Assembly (NCBI GenBank): GCA_963752475.1
Contig: CAVVYR010000024.1
Coordinates: 1-33,544, forward strand
DNA length: 33,544 nucleotides
From: an uncultured Chloroflexia bacterium
GTDB taxonomy: Bacteria; Chloroflexota; Limnocylindria; Limnocylindrales; CSP1-4
Direction: 5' to 3'
This document shows positions 24,976 to 33,544 of this stretch, piece by piece. A program made the position numbers and the translations under genes. Below the pieces are notes generated by a model that ran no database searches, had not been told where the DNA came from, and was given only the letters and a program-made list of their open reading frames with translations. Position 1 is the first letter of the stretch. Every line of letters begins with the position of its first letter.

Positions 24976-25617
24976 ATGCCAAAGGCTGCTGTTCCGCCAC
25001 CGCCAGCTCCCGTTGGGGGCAAGCGAGCGGCCACGTTCCAAGAGGAAGTCATCGCCATGATCCCGGCTGACTCCCGCCTGGAGACGTGTATCCAATGTGG
25101 GACCTGTGGAGGGTCATGCCCCTCGTATGCGGACATGGACCACACGCCACGGCAGATCTTTGCGCTTGTCCGCGCCGGGGCCAAGGACAAGGTCATGGAC
25201 AGCAACACGCCCTGGATGTGCGTGAGCTGCTACCTCTGCGCGGTCCGCTGTCCGCAGCAGATCCACATCCCCGACGTGATGTACGCGCTCAAGGCCAAGT
25301 CCACCCAGGACGGCCGGGTCCCGAGCCACGTGGCGCCCGACTTCAGCAAGACCTTCGTCGACTACATCCACCAGTACGGCCGCAGCTTCGAGGTCGGCCT
25401 CGTAGCCAAGCACTACCTGCGCCACTACATGACGCGCCTGCCGGGCATGACCACCTCCGGTATCGGCATGGTGACCAAGGGCCGCATGGGCTTCCGTCCC
25501 CACAAGATCAGGGACATCGACGGGCTCAACGCGATCCTCGATCGCGCCACCGAGATCGAGCAGGCCAAGCAGCGCGCCGTCTTCGAAGAGCGGCCGCAGA
25601 GCGGGGGAGCGCACTGA
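24976..25617 (+). CDS. hdrC: heterodisulfide reductase subunit C
   Basis: CIQCGTCGGSCP and WMCVSCYLCAVRCP 2x[4Fe-4S] motifs; first gene of the hdr operon; alternative start GTG 24973. Confidence 0.92.
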   Translation: MPKAAVPPPPAPVGGKRAATFQEEVIAMIPADSRLETCIQCGTCGGSCPSYADMDHTPRQIFALVRAGAKDKVMDSNTPWMCVSCYLCAVRCPQQIHIPDVMYALKAKSTQDGRVPSHVAPDFSKTFVDYIHQYGRSFEVGLVAKHYLRHYMTRLPGMTTSGIGMVTKGRMGFRPHKIRDIDGLNAILDRATEIEQAKQRAVFEERPQSGGAH

Positions 25618-26633
25618 TGGCCACGCAGTACATGTACTACCCGGGCTGCTCGATGGACGGCACGGGCAAGGCTTATCACGACTCCATCGAGGCGGTCCTG
25701 CCCGAGCTCGACATCGGCTTCAAGGAGCTCGACGACTGGAACTGCTGCGGCGCCACCGAGTACATGGGCATCAGTCCGCTGCGCTCTCAGGCGCTGGTCG
25801 GGCGCAACCTGGCCCTGGCAGAGAAGCAGAAGAACGGCACCGACACCCTGGTGGCACCCTGCTCCGCCTGCTACGTCAACCTCGCTCGCACGGACGCCTA
25901 CGTGCGCGAGTCCGACGAGCTGGCCGAGAACGTCAACGACGCTCTCGGTGCCGATGGCATGTCCTACACCCCAGGCTCGGTCAAGGTCCGGCACCTGCTC
26001 GAGATCCTCATCGATGACATCGGTCTCGAGGAGGTCGGCGAGCACGTCACGCGCCCGCTCACCGGCCTGAAGCTGGCACCGTACATGGGCTGCCTCGTCT
26101 CGCGGCCGGACTACGACAACCGCTGGCAGCACCGCGAGCACCCACACGCGCTCGACCAGCTGCTGCTGACGCTCGGCGCTGACGTGGTCGAGTACTCACG
26201 CCGCACCGACTGCTGCGGCGGCCACATGACGCAGATCAGCCCGGAGACGGGCCTCGAGCTGATCCGCCGCCTCATCGTCGAGGCCGAGCGGGTCGGGGCC
26301 CATGCCATGGTCACGGTCTGCCCCATGTGCCAGATGAACGTGGATTTCTACCAGCGGGAGATGAACCACCACTTCCGCGAAGACCACCACATGCCGATCC
26401 TCTTCTTCACCCAGCTGATGGGCCTGGCCTACGGCATGCCGGCAGGCAAGCTCGGCTTCGGGCGCGAGATCATCTCGGCCCGTCCGGCGCTGGCCAACAT
26501 CGGCATCGAGGCCCCGTTGACCGAGGAGGAAGAGGCCGAGAAGGCCAAGGCAGCCAAGCCCAAGCGACGCCGCCGAGGAGATCCCACGCTGCCCTCACCC
26601 GCACCGCGTGAGGACGAGGAGGAGCTGCGATGA
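25617..26633 (+). CDS. hdrB: heterodisulfide reductase subunit B
   Basis: YYPGCS, DWNCCGA, PCSAC, YMGC, DCCGG, VCPMCQMN (two CCG domains); TGATG coupling. Confidence 0.95.
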   Translation: MATQYMYYPGCSMDGTGKAYHDSIEAVLPELDIGFKELDDWNCCGATEYMGISPLRSQALVGRNLALAEKQKNGTDTLVAPCSACYVNLARTDAYVRESDELAENVNDALGADGMSYTPGSVKVRHLLEILIDDIGLEEVGEHVTRPLTGLKLAPYMGCLVSRPDYDNRWQHREHPHALDQLLLTLGADVVEYSRRTDCCGGHMTQISPETGLELIRRLIVEAERVGAHAMVTVCPMCQMNVDFYQREMNHHFREDHHMPILFFTQLMGLAYGMPAGKLGFGREIISARPALANIGIEAPLTEEEEAEKAKAAKPKRRRRGDPTLPSPAPREDEEELR

Positions 26634-28669
26634 CCGCCCCCAAGACCGGCGTCTACGTCTGTCATTGCGGCACCAACATCGCCGCCATGGTCGATGTCGA
26701 AGAGGTCCGCGACTGGGCCGCCGAGGAACTCAAGGACAAGGGCGTGGTCGTCTCGCGCGACTACCCCTTCATGTGCTCGAGCCTGGGCCAGGAGTTGATC
26801 GCCAAGGACATCGAGGAGTACGGCCTCGAGCGCGTGGTGGTGGGTGCCTGCTCACCGCACATGCACGAGAAGACGTTCCGTGAGGCCAGCAGCAACGCCG
26901 GCCTCAACCCCTATCTCGCCGAGCTGGTGTCCATCCGCGAGCAGGTCTCGTGGGTCCACACCGACAAGGCCAAGGCCACCGAGAAGGCCAAGGCCATCAT
27001 CGCCGGCGGCGTCTACCGCGTCGCCGAGCAGGTGCCGCTGGAGCCGCTCATCGCTCCGGTCAACAGCGCCACGCTCATCGTCGGCGGCGGCATCGCGGGC
27101 ATCACCGCGGCGCTGGAGATCGCCGATGCCGGCTATCCGGTCCACATCGTGGAGAAGGAACCGTCGATCGGCGGCCACATGGCCCAGTACGACAAGACCT
27201 TCCCGACACTCGACTGCGCGGCCTGCATCCTCACGCCCAAGATGGTCGATGCGGGGGCGCATCCCAACATCACGCTCCACACCTGGAGCGAGGTGGTCGA
27301 CGTCTCCGGCTCGGTCGGCGACTTCAAGATCAAGGTCAAGCACAAGCCACGCATGGTGGTGGAGGCGGACTGCACCGGTTGCGGCATCTGCTGGGAGAAG
27401 TGCCCGGTGCAGGTGATCGACACCGGCTTCGAGGCCGGCCTCGGCTATCGCAAGGCCATCTACACGCCCTTCCCGCAGGCGGTACCCAAGTACCCGGTGC
27501 TGACACCGGACGACTGCACCTACTTCCAGAAGGGCACGTGCAAGGCCTGTGAGAAGTTCTGCCCGGTCGATTGCATCGACTTCACCCAGACCGACGAGTA
27601 TGTCGAGCTCAACGTGGGCAACATCCTGCTCGCCACCGGCTTCAAGCCCTTCGACGCCCGTCGCATCGAGGCCTTCGGCTACGGCCGACTGCCCAACGTC
27701 TTCACCTCGATGGAGTTCGAGCGGATGAGCAACGCGGCCGGCCCCACCGGCGGCAAGATCGTCCTGCGCGACGGCGTGACCGAGCCCAAGTCGGTGGCCA
27801 TCGTCCACTGCGTCGGCTCACGCGACAAGAACACCAACGAGCACTGCTCGGCCATCTGCTGCATGCAGTCGCTGAAGTTCGCGCATCTCGTCAAGGAGCA
27901 CACGGACGCTGACGTGTACGAGTGCTACATCGACATGCGCACGCCGGGCAAGGGCTACGACGAGTTCTACAACCGCATCCTCGACGAGGGCACGCAGATG
28001 ATCCGCGGCCGCGTCGCGGAGGTCACCGACTCGTTGCGCTACCCGGAGGAGGAAGGCCACGAGGGCCGGCTCATCGTGCAGGTGGAGGACACCCTCGCTG
28101 GTCTCAAGCGCCGCGTACCGGCCGATATGGTCATCCTCTCGACCGGTCTGGAACCGCAGGCGGACGCCACCGACGTGGCCCGCATGTTCGGCGTCGGCTG
28201 CAGCACCGACGGCTTCATCATCGAGCGCCACGCCAAGCTGGACCCCGTCGCGACCATGACCGACGGCGTCTTCGCTGCCGGCGCCACGCTCGGGCCTCGC
28301 GATATCCCGACCTCGGTGTCCAACGGCGCCGCAGCCGCGGCCACCATCCTGAGCCGTATCGCCCAGGGCGAGATCGCCATGGAGCCCTACCGGGCCAGCG
28401 TCGATGCCGAACGTTGCTCCGGCTGCCGCATCTGCAACGACCTCTGCCCCTTCAGCGCCATCACCTTCGACGAGGGGGCGATGGTCACCGAGATCAATCC
28501 CAAGCTCTGCCAGGGCTGTGGCGTGTGCGTGGCCGCGTGTCCCGCCAACGCCATCTCCGGCAGCGGCTTCAGCCACGAGCAGGTCATGGCCCAGATCGAC
28601 GGGCTGCTGGCCAGCACCGACGGTGCCGCCGGCGTTCCAACCGATGAGCCAGTGGAGGTGACGGCATGA
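26630..28669 (+). CDS. hdrA: heterodisulfide reductase subunit A (FAD, electron-bifurcating)
   Basis: GVYVCHCGTNIA, IVGGGIAG, DKTFPTLDCAACILTPKM, CVGSRD, CSAICC, inserted and C-terminal ferredoxin motifs. Confidence 0.96.
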   Translation: MTAPKTGVYVCHCGTNIAAMVDVEEVRDWAAEELKDKGVVVSRDYPFMCSSLGQELIAKDIEEYGLERVVVGACSPHMHEKTFREASSNAGLNPYLAELVSIREQVSWVHTDKAKATEKAKAIIAGGVYRVAEQVPLEPLIAPVNSATLIVGGGIAGITAALEIADAGYPVHIVEKEPSIGGHMAQYDKTFPTLDCAACILTPKMVDAGAHPNITLHTWSEVVDVSGSVGDFKIKVKHKPRMVVEADCTGCGICWEKCPVQVIDTGFEAGLGYRKAIYTPFPQAVPKYPVLTPDDCTYFQKGTCKACEKFCPVDCIDFTQTDEYVELNVGNILLATGFKPFDARRIEAFGYGRLPNVFTSMEFERMSNAAGPTGGKIVLRDGVTEPKSVAIVHCVGSRDKNTNEHCSAICCMQSLKFAHLVKEHTDADVYECYIDMRTPGKGYDEFYNRILDEGTQMIRGRVAEVTDSLRYPEEEGHEGRLIVQVEDTLAGLKRRVPADMVILSTGLEPQADATDVARMFGVGCSTDGFIIERHAKLDPVATMTDGVFAAGATLGPRDIPTSVSNGAAAAATILSRIAQGEIAMEPYRASVDAERCSGCRICNDLCPFSAITFDEGAMVTEINPKLCQGCGVCVAACPANAISGSGFSHEQVMAQIDGLLASTDGAAGVPTDEPVEVTA

Positions 28670-29187
28670 CCGCACCTGCGACCCAGCCTGGGAACTCGGC
28701 GCCCGTGGCGCCCGCCGACTTCGAGCCGCTCATCCTCGGCTTCACCTGCAACTGGTGCAGCTACCGTGCGGCCGACCTCGCGGGCACGGCCCGTACCAAG
28801 TACCCGCACAACGTCCGGCTCATCCGCCTGATGTGCTCCGGACGCATGGAACCCGAGTTCATCCTCGAGGGTTTCGCCAAGGGCGCGGACGCGGTGATCA
28901 TGACCGGCTGCTGGCCAGAGGATTGCCACTACCGCATCCAGTCGGTGAAGGCCCTGCGACGGTTCATCTTCCTGCGCCGGATGCTCAGCGACCTGGGCAT
29001 CGAGCCGGCCCGGCTGCAGCGCTTCTACGCCAGCGCCGCCGAGGGCCAGCGCTTCGCTGACGAGATGGCCCGCATCGTGGCCGAGGTCAAGGCGCTTGGC
29101 CCCATCCCGCCCGAGATCCGAGTCGCCTTGGAGTCGCGCCCTGAAGCGCCGGCTCCAGCGTTCCAGCCTGAGGAGGTGGAGGCATGA
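28666..29187 (+). CDS. mvhD: methyl viologen-reducing hydrogenase delta subunit [2Fe-2S]
   Basis: FTCNWCSYRAADLAG, RLMCSGR, GCWPEDCHY, SAAEG. Confidence 0.95.
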   Translation: MTAPATQPGNSAPVAPADFEPLILGFTCNWCSYRAADLAGTARTKYPHNVRLIRLMCSGRMEPEFILEGFAKGADAVIMTGCWPEDCHYRIQSVKALRRFIFLRRMLSDLGIEPARLQRFYASAAEGQRFADEMARIVAEVKALGPIPPEIRVALESRPEAPAPAFQPEEVEA

Positions 29188-30194
29188 CCGCCGAAGCCGC
29201 GACCCCGGCCGAAGCCGAGGTCAAGCCCCGCTACAAGCTGGCGATGTACTGGGCCTCCGCCTGCGGTGGCTGCGACGTCGCTGTGCTCAACCTGGGCATG
29301 AAGCTCATCGAGTTCACCGAGCGCTGGGAACCGGTCTTCTGGCCGGCAGCCATGGACGGCAAGCGGCAGGACGTCCGCGACATGGAGGATGGCGAGATCG
29401 ACGTCTGCCTCTTCGACGGCGGCATCCGCACCGACGAGGACGCCGAGATGGCGCACCTGCTGCGGGCCAAGTCGAAGGTGCTGGTGGCCTTCGGGTCCTG
29501 CGCCAGCGAAGGCTGCATCCCCGGTCTCGCCAACCAGCGTCCGATCGAGGCGGTCTTCGCGGCCGCCTTCGATCCCGAGCTGAACGACGTCAACGGCGCG
29601 GGCACGCCCAACGGACCGTGGGAATCGCCCCACGGCGAACTCGAACTGCCCACGCTTCAGACGCGACTGCAGACGCTGAGCCAGGTCGTCGATGTCGACT
29701 ACTCGGTGCCCGGCTGCCCGCCTGAGACCGAGCGCATCGCGGAGGTGTTGGGGGCGGTCACCGCCGCTCTTGACGGCACCGGCCCGCTGCCGCCCAAGGG
29801 CGCCGTGCTCGGCGCCGGCAACTCGACCGTGTGTGACGAGTGCAAGCGAGAGCGTGGCGTCAAGACCATCACGGAGTTCAAGCGTATCCAGACGCTCGCG
29901 GAGGTCGACCCGAACCTGTGCCTGCTGGAGCAGGGCCTGCCCTGCTGCGGTCCGGCGGCGCGGGACGGCTGCGGTGCCAAGTGTCCGGCGGCAGGTGCTC
30001 CGTGCATCGGCTGCTACGGCGCGACGACCGGCGTCAATGACTTCGGCGCTCGACTGCTGAGCGCCTACGCCTCGGTGGTCGAGGCCAGTGAACCGGAAGA
30101 CATCGAGCGCGTGCTCGAGGGTCTGCCGGACACGGTCGGCCAGTTCTATCGCTTCAGCCTCGCAGCCTCGCTGCTCCATGGGGGTCGGGCATGA
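29184..30194 (+). CDS. mvhG: [NiFe]-hydrogenase group 3c small subunit
   Basis: ACGGCD, FGSCA, PGCPP, VCDEC, CLLEQG.PCCGP..R.GCGAKCP, PCIGCYG. Confidence 0.93.
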   Translation: MTAEAATPAEAEVKPRYKLAMYWASACGGCDVAVLNLGMKLIEFTERWEPVFWPAAMDGKRQDVRDMEDGEIDVCLFDGGIRTDEDAEMAHLLRAKSKVLVAFGSCASEGCIPGLANQRPIEAVFAAAFDPELNDVNGAGTPNGPWESPHGELELPTLQTRLQTLSQVVDVDYSVPGCPPETERIAEVLGAVTAALDGTGPLPPKGAVLGAGNSTVCDECKRERGVKTITEFKRIQTLAEVDPNLCLLEQGLPCCGPAARDGCGAKCPAAGAPCIGCYGATTGVNDFGARLLSAYASVVEASEPEDIERVLEGLPDTVGQFYRFSLAASLLHGGRA

Positions 30195-31657
30195 CACGCA
30201 TCACCATCGATCCCGTCACTCGCCTTGAGGGTCACGGCAAGATCGAGATCCTCCTCGACGATGCTGGAGACGTCGAACACACCTACTTCCAGATCCCCGA
30301 GCTGCGCGGCTTCGAGTCGTTCTGTGTCGGTCGTCCGGTGGAGGACATGCCGGCGCTGACGAACCGCATCTGCGGCGTCTGCCCGGAAGCTCACCACATG
30401 GCCGCGGCCAAGGCGGCTGATGCCGCGTACGGTGTCGCCGTGCCGCGCACCGGTCGCATGCTGCGCGAGCTGCTCTACAACGCCTTCTACGTGACTGACC
30501 ACGCGACGCACTTCTACGTGCTCAGCGGACCGGACCTGATCATGGGGCCGGACGCCCCCAAGGCCGAGCGCAACATCCTCGGCGTGGTCAAGAAGGTCGG
30601 CGCTGAGGTCGGCGGCAAGGTCATCGACGCACGCAAGGCCGGCCATCGCATCATCGAGATCATCGGCGGCCGGCGCATCCATCCCTGCACCTCGGTGCCC
30701 GGTGGCCAGACCAAGGCCATCAGCGAAGAGGAGCGGGACGAGATCAAGGCGCTCGCCGACGCCATGGTCGAGTTCGGAGGCTTCAGTCTGGAGCTGTTCG
30801 CCTCGATGCTCGAGGACGAATCCATCGAGGAGATCGTCAAGGGCGACCTCTACACCCACGAGACGTACTACAGCGGCCTCGTCGACGCCGATGACAAGGT
30901 CACCTTCTACGACGGCCAGATCAAGGTCGTCGCGCCCGACGGTGAGGTCTTCGGCCAGTACGAGCCGAAGGACTACCGCGACTGGATCGACGAGAAGGTC
31001 GAGCCATGGACGTTCCTGAAGTTCCCGTACCTCAAGAACGTGGGCTGGAAGGGCCTTGTCGACGGCAAGGACTCCGGCATCTACACGGTGGCTCCGCTGG
31101 GCCGGCTCAACGTCGCCTCCGGCATGGCCACGCCCAAGGCCCAGGCCGCCTACGAGCAGTACTTCGAAACGCTTTCACCCGATGGCACGCCGGTGCACAG
31201 CCGCGGCGCGACCCATTGGGCCCGGCTCGTCGAGATGATGCAGGCGGCCGAGACGGTGCAGGCGCTGGTCAACGACCCGGAGATGACTTCGCCGGATGTC
31301 CGCGCTGTCCCGACCGAGATCCCGACCGAGGGTGTGGGCACGGTGGAGGCACCGCGCGGCACCCTGACGCACCACTACTGGACCGACGAGAACGGCGTCA
31401 TCACGCGCGTCAACCTCATCGTCGGCACGACCAACAACTACGGCCCCATCGCGATGTCCGTGGACAAGGCTGCACGCAGCCTCATCTCCAAGGGCACCGT
31501 CGTGACCGACGGACTGCTCGACCGCATCGAGATGGGCTTCCGGGCCTACGACCCCTGCTTCGGGTGCGCCACGCACTCGATGCCGGGGCAGATGGCCATG
31601 GTCGTCACCATCCGCGACAAGGACGGCAACGCCGTGAAGGAGCTGCGCCGTGACTAG
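30191..31657 (+). CDS. mvhA: [NiFe]-hydrogenase group 3c large subunit
   Basis: TRLEGH, L1 RICGVC, EAPRGTLTHHY, L2 RAYDPCFGCATH followed by a cleavable C-terminal extension. Confidence 0.95.
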   Translation: MTRITIDPVTRLEGHGKIEILLDDAGDVEHTYFQIPELRGFESFCVGRPVEDMPALTNRICGVCPEAHHMAAAKAADAAYGVAVPRTGRMLRELLYNAFYVTDHATHFYVLSGPDLIMGPDAPKAERNILGVVKKVGAEVGGKVIDARKAGHRIIEIIGGRRIHPCTSVPGGQTKAISEEERDEIKALADAMVEFGGFSLELFASMLEDESIEEIVKGDLYTHETYYSGLVDADDKVTFYDGQIKVVAPDGEVFGQYEPKDYRDWIDEKVEPWTFLKFPYLKNVGWKGLVDGKDSGIYTVAPLGRLNVASGMATPKAQAAYEQYFETLSPDGTPVHSRGATHWARLVEMMQAAETVQALVNDPEMTSPDVRAVPTEIPTEGVGTVEAPRGTLTHHYWTDENGVITRVNLIVGTTNNYGPIAMSVDKAARSLISKGTVVTDGLLDRIEMGFRAYDPCFGCATHSMPGQMAMVVTIRDKDGNAVKELRRD

Positions 31658-32192
31658 CCCGCTCGAGCCCTATGGCCTGCGCATCGCCGAACCCGGCGAG
31701 ACCCTGGTCGTGGGACTTGGCAATCCGATCCTTGGGGATGATGGTGTCGGGTGGCGCGTCATCGACGAGCTGGACGAACTCGACCATGACGGCGCCAGCC
31801 TGCAGCAGGCGTGTGTCGGTGGCGTAAGCCTGATGGAACTCCTTGTCGGGTATCGGCGCGCGATCATCGTCGATGCGATCATCGATCCCGAAGTCGCGCC
31901 CGGTAGCGTCTGGCGCAGGTCACTGTCGGATGTGGAAACTCGGGTGGCCAGTCATCTGGACTCGTCACACGACGCCCCCCTGCCGGCCGCCATCGAAGCA
32001 GGACGCGCGATGGGCGTGGACCTGCCGTCTGACATCGAGGTCGTGGGCATCGTCATCGAACGAGGCGATGTCTTCGGCGAACAATTGAGCGACGCCATCG
32101 CTGAGGCCGTGCCGGTCGCGGCGACAGAGGTTGTCGGGGCATTGCGTGCGCAGTCCTCTGCGTCGCCATTAGGGGAGCCAGTCCATGCATGA
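31650..32192 (+). CDS. hydrogenase maturation endopeptidase (HycI/HybD family)
   Basis: VVGLGNPILGDDGVG, IIVDA, SSHD, follows mvhA. Confidence 0.92.
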   Translation: MTSPLEPYGLRIAEPGETLVVGLGNPILGDDGVGWRVIDELDELDHDGASLQQACVGGVSLMELLVGYRRAIIVDAIIDPEVAPGSVWRRSLSDVETRVASHLDSSHDAPLPAAIEAGRAMGVDLPSDIEVVGIVIERGDVFGEQLSDAIAEAVPVAATEVVGALRAQSSASPLGEPVHA

Positions 32193-32454
32193 AGCCGGAG
32201 TCACCGAGCGGATCCTGGAGATCGTGGTCGAACACGCCAAGGAAGCGCACGCCCAGCGCGTGACCGACGTCTACCTGGAGGTGGGCGATGAGTCGGGCAT
32301 CGACATCGAGTCGGTCGAGATGCACTGGCCGCTGCTGAGCGAGGGTTCGGTGGCCGAGGGCTCGATCCTGCACTTCGAGAAGAAGGAGGACGAGCCGTTC
32401 TCGTTCCGGCTGACCAGCATCGAGGTCGACGAGCATGAGAAGGCGGCTACCTGA
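32185..32454 (+). CDS. hypA: HypA/HybF-like nickel metallochaperone lacking the zinc-finger domain
   Basis: N-terminal MHE Ni motif, RVTDVYLEVGD.SG, AEGS.L, C-terminal LTSIEVD; no Cys; operon position. Confidence 0.8.
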   Translation: MHEAGVTERILEIVVEHAKEAHAQRVTDVYLEVGDESGIDIESVEMHWPLLSEGSVAEGSILHFEKKEDEPFSFRLTSIEVDEHEKAAT

Positions 32455-32504
32455 ACTGACGCTCGCGCCAGGCGCTCTCCTCGCCTGACGACATCAAGAC
32501 GAAC

Positions 32505-32537
32505 CTGATGGCCCCGCGGGCGACCGTGGGGCATCAG
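32505..32537. terminator. GC-rich hairpin downstream of hypA, possible terminator
   Basis: CTGATG(G)CCCCGCGG-GCGA-CCGTGGGGCATCAG; no clear U-tract. Confidence 0.5.
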
Positions 32538-32627
32538 TGTGCCCAGGTCACGTGGTAGAGAGACGATTTCGACCACTTGTAGTCAGGCGTCGCTCCTGGC
32601 GACGCTGTCGATCGACTGGGCCGAACT

Positions 32628-32813
32628 CGGTGGACACCTGTCGTCCGAGCCGACCGTAGGCCGGCAAGGCTGGTCGGATCGTCCGCCTCGGCGTTCGCCG
32701 GGTTTGCCAGCTATGCCCCTGCACGCTCGGGACCGGCGGCCGATCGTCACGCGATGGCCTCGGTGGTGGCTACAAGCGAGCCCAGGGTCGATGGGGGCGA
32801 CCGCTGTCCACAA
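32628..32813. mobile_element. 186-bp non-coding element with terminal inverted repeats, copy 2
   Basis: Same length as copy 1; about 114/186 identical without gaps; its left IR matches the reverse complement of copy 1's right IR at 27/30. Confidence 0.7.
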
Positions 32814-32867
32814 CGGGCAAGGGCCTGCCCTCAAGCCAGCGTGTTGCAGGCACTCCACGAGCTGCTG

Positions 32868-33544
32868 CTATCCGCGCCCGGCCGTCCGGATCTTGGCCAT
32901 CGTGGCGGCCGTTGGCACGAACCGGACCGCATCGAACGCGATGGTGCGACCGCTCGCGGGATCCTCACCGGTCTGGTCGGTGAGCTGCACGATGGGCGTC
33001 CGCGTCAGGCGGTGGACGCCAAGGGCGACCCAGCCTCCGCGGCGCTTCGACTGATCGCGCACGCGCGTGACCCAGCCGTCGGCGGTCTTGATCTTGTAGG
33101 CCGCCTTCTGTGACGTGGCATGCGGGCCCGGGATGTAGACCTGGACCGCATACGCGCCCGCCACCGGCAGTTGCGGCCGCCAAGTGGCCGAGTGCGCTTC
33201 GACGTTGTTGCGCACCGGCACGTACCAGTGGTTCGAGGCGAGCCCTGCCGGGCCACGCTGCCAGCCGGTGCCGAAGCGCTTGAAGCCACCGTCGAGGTCA
33301 TCGACGCGGACGATCGAGCCAGACATCTCGGTCTGGAGTCGCGGCGAGCCGGCTCCGGTGTCGCCTTGGGCGCTGGTCGTGGCGTGGGTGCGGCCTTGGG
33401 CTTCGGCTTGGGTTCGCCGTGGCGACAGCCCGGACTCGGTCGACAGCTCGGGTTCGGCTTCCCCGGCAGGCGCCAGCTGCGTCGGCGCAGGCGCAGGCGT
33501 CGCGGTGGGCTGCGGTGTCGTGGTGGGCTGCGTCGCCGCAGGCT
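32868..33544 (-). CDS. partial (5'-truncated) protein: Pro/Thr-rich linker plus C-terminal golvesin/xanthan-lyase CBD-like beta-sandwich
   Basis: Frame is open to the window edge (PAATQPTTTPQPTATPAP…); ATWRPQLPVAGAYAVQVYIP…A.YKI…DQ…GGWVALG…FDAVRF. Confidence 0.75.
   Translation of the reverse strand, partial: PAATQPTTTPQPTATPAPAPTQLAPAGEAEPELSTESGLSPRRTQAEAQGRTHATTSAQGDTGAGSPRLQTEMSGSIVRVDDLDGGFKRFGTGWQRGPAGLASNHWYVPVRNNVEAHSATWRPQLPVAGAYAVQVYIPGPHATSQKAAYKIKTADGWVTRVRDQSKRRGGWVALGVHRLTRTPIVQLTDQTGEDPASGRTIAFDAVRFVPTAATMAKIRTAGRG

Noticed and set aside
26630-31657. Selenocysteine recoding or a split large subunit (VhuU-type)
   Set aside because: All metal ligands are Cys codons, there is no in-frame TGA, and the L2 motif is within MvhA
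32539-33113. ORFs 32539-33054 +, 32583-32858 - and 32754-33113 +
   Set aside because: They overlap the non-coding 186-bp element or run antisense to a real gene; the equivalent frame in element copy 1 has a stop
1-33544. tRNA, rRNA, transposase, integrase or prophage genes
   Set aside because: No recognisable sequences or motifs found by eye

Overview
High-GC bacterial genomic window. The gene content and leaderless promoters would fit a Chloroflexota- or Actinomycetota-like organism, but that is inference only. Contents from left to right: (1) two tandem paralogous secreted META/coiled-coil/Cys-rich proteins; (2) ppk2 plus a DAGK-family kinase; (3) a minus-strand cluster of secreted acidic proteins: a six-repeat ~1180-aa protein, a single-repeat paralogue and a VIT-vWA protein with an ECF-like promoter; (4) B3/4-cupin-LLM and cupin_5-PfkB-FGGY operons; (5) an MFS transporter, a DUF1801-like protein and a strongly divergent purine nucleoside phosphorylase; (6) an Opp/Dpp-type ABC system whose second ATPase faces the rest across a 650-bp repeat-rich gap; (7) a cupin; (8) a complete hdrCBA-mvhDGA (group 3c [NiFe]-hydrogenase/heterodisulfide reductase) operon with a maturation protease and a cysteine-free HypA lacking the zinc domain; (9) a partial golvesin/Xly-CBD-like gene. 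The main unannotated signal is a 186-bp non-coding element with 34-bp terminal inverted repeats. It occurs twice (23055-23240 and 32628-32813) at identical length and about 61% ungapped identity, and tandem copies of one arm lie beside the first copy. Other notable items are the two-Cys repeat protein family, the zinc-less HypA and a possible RNA switch in the hdr leader. All alignments and counts were done by hand.
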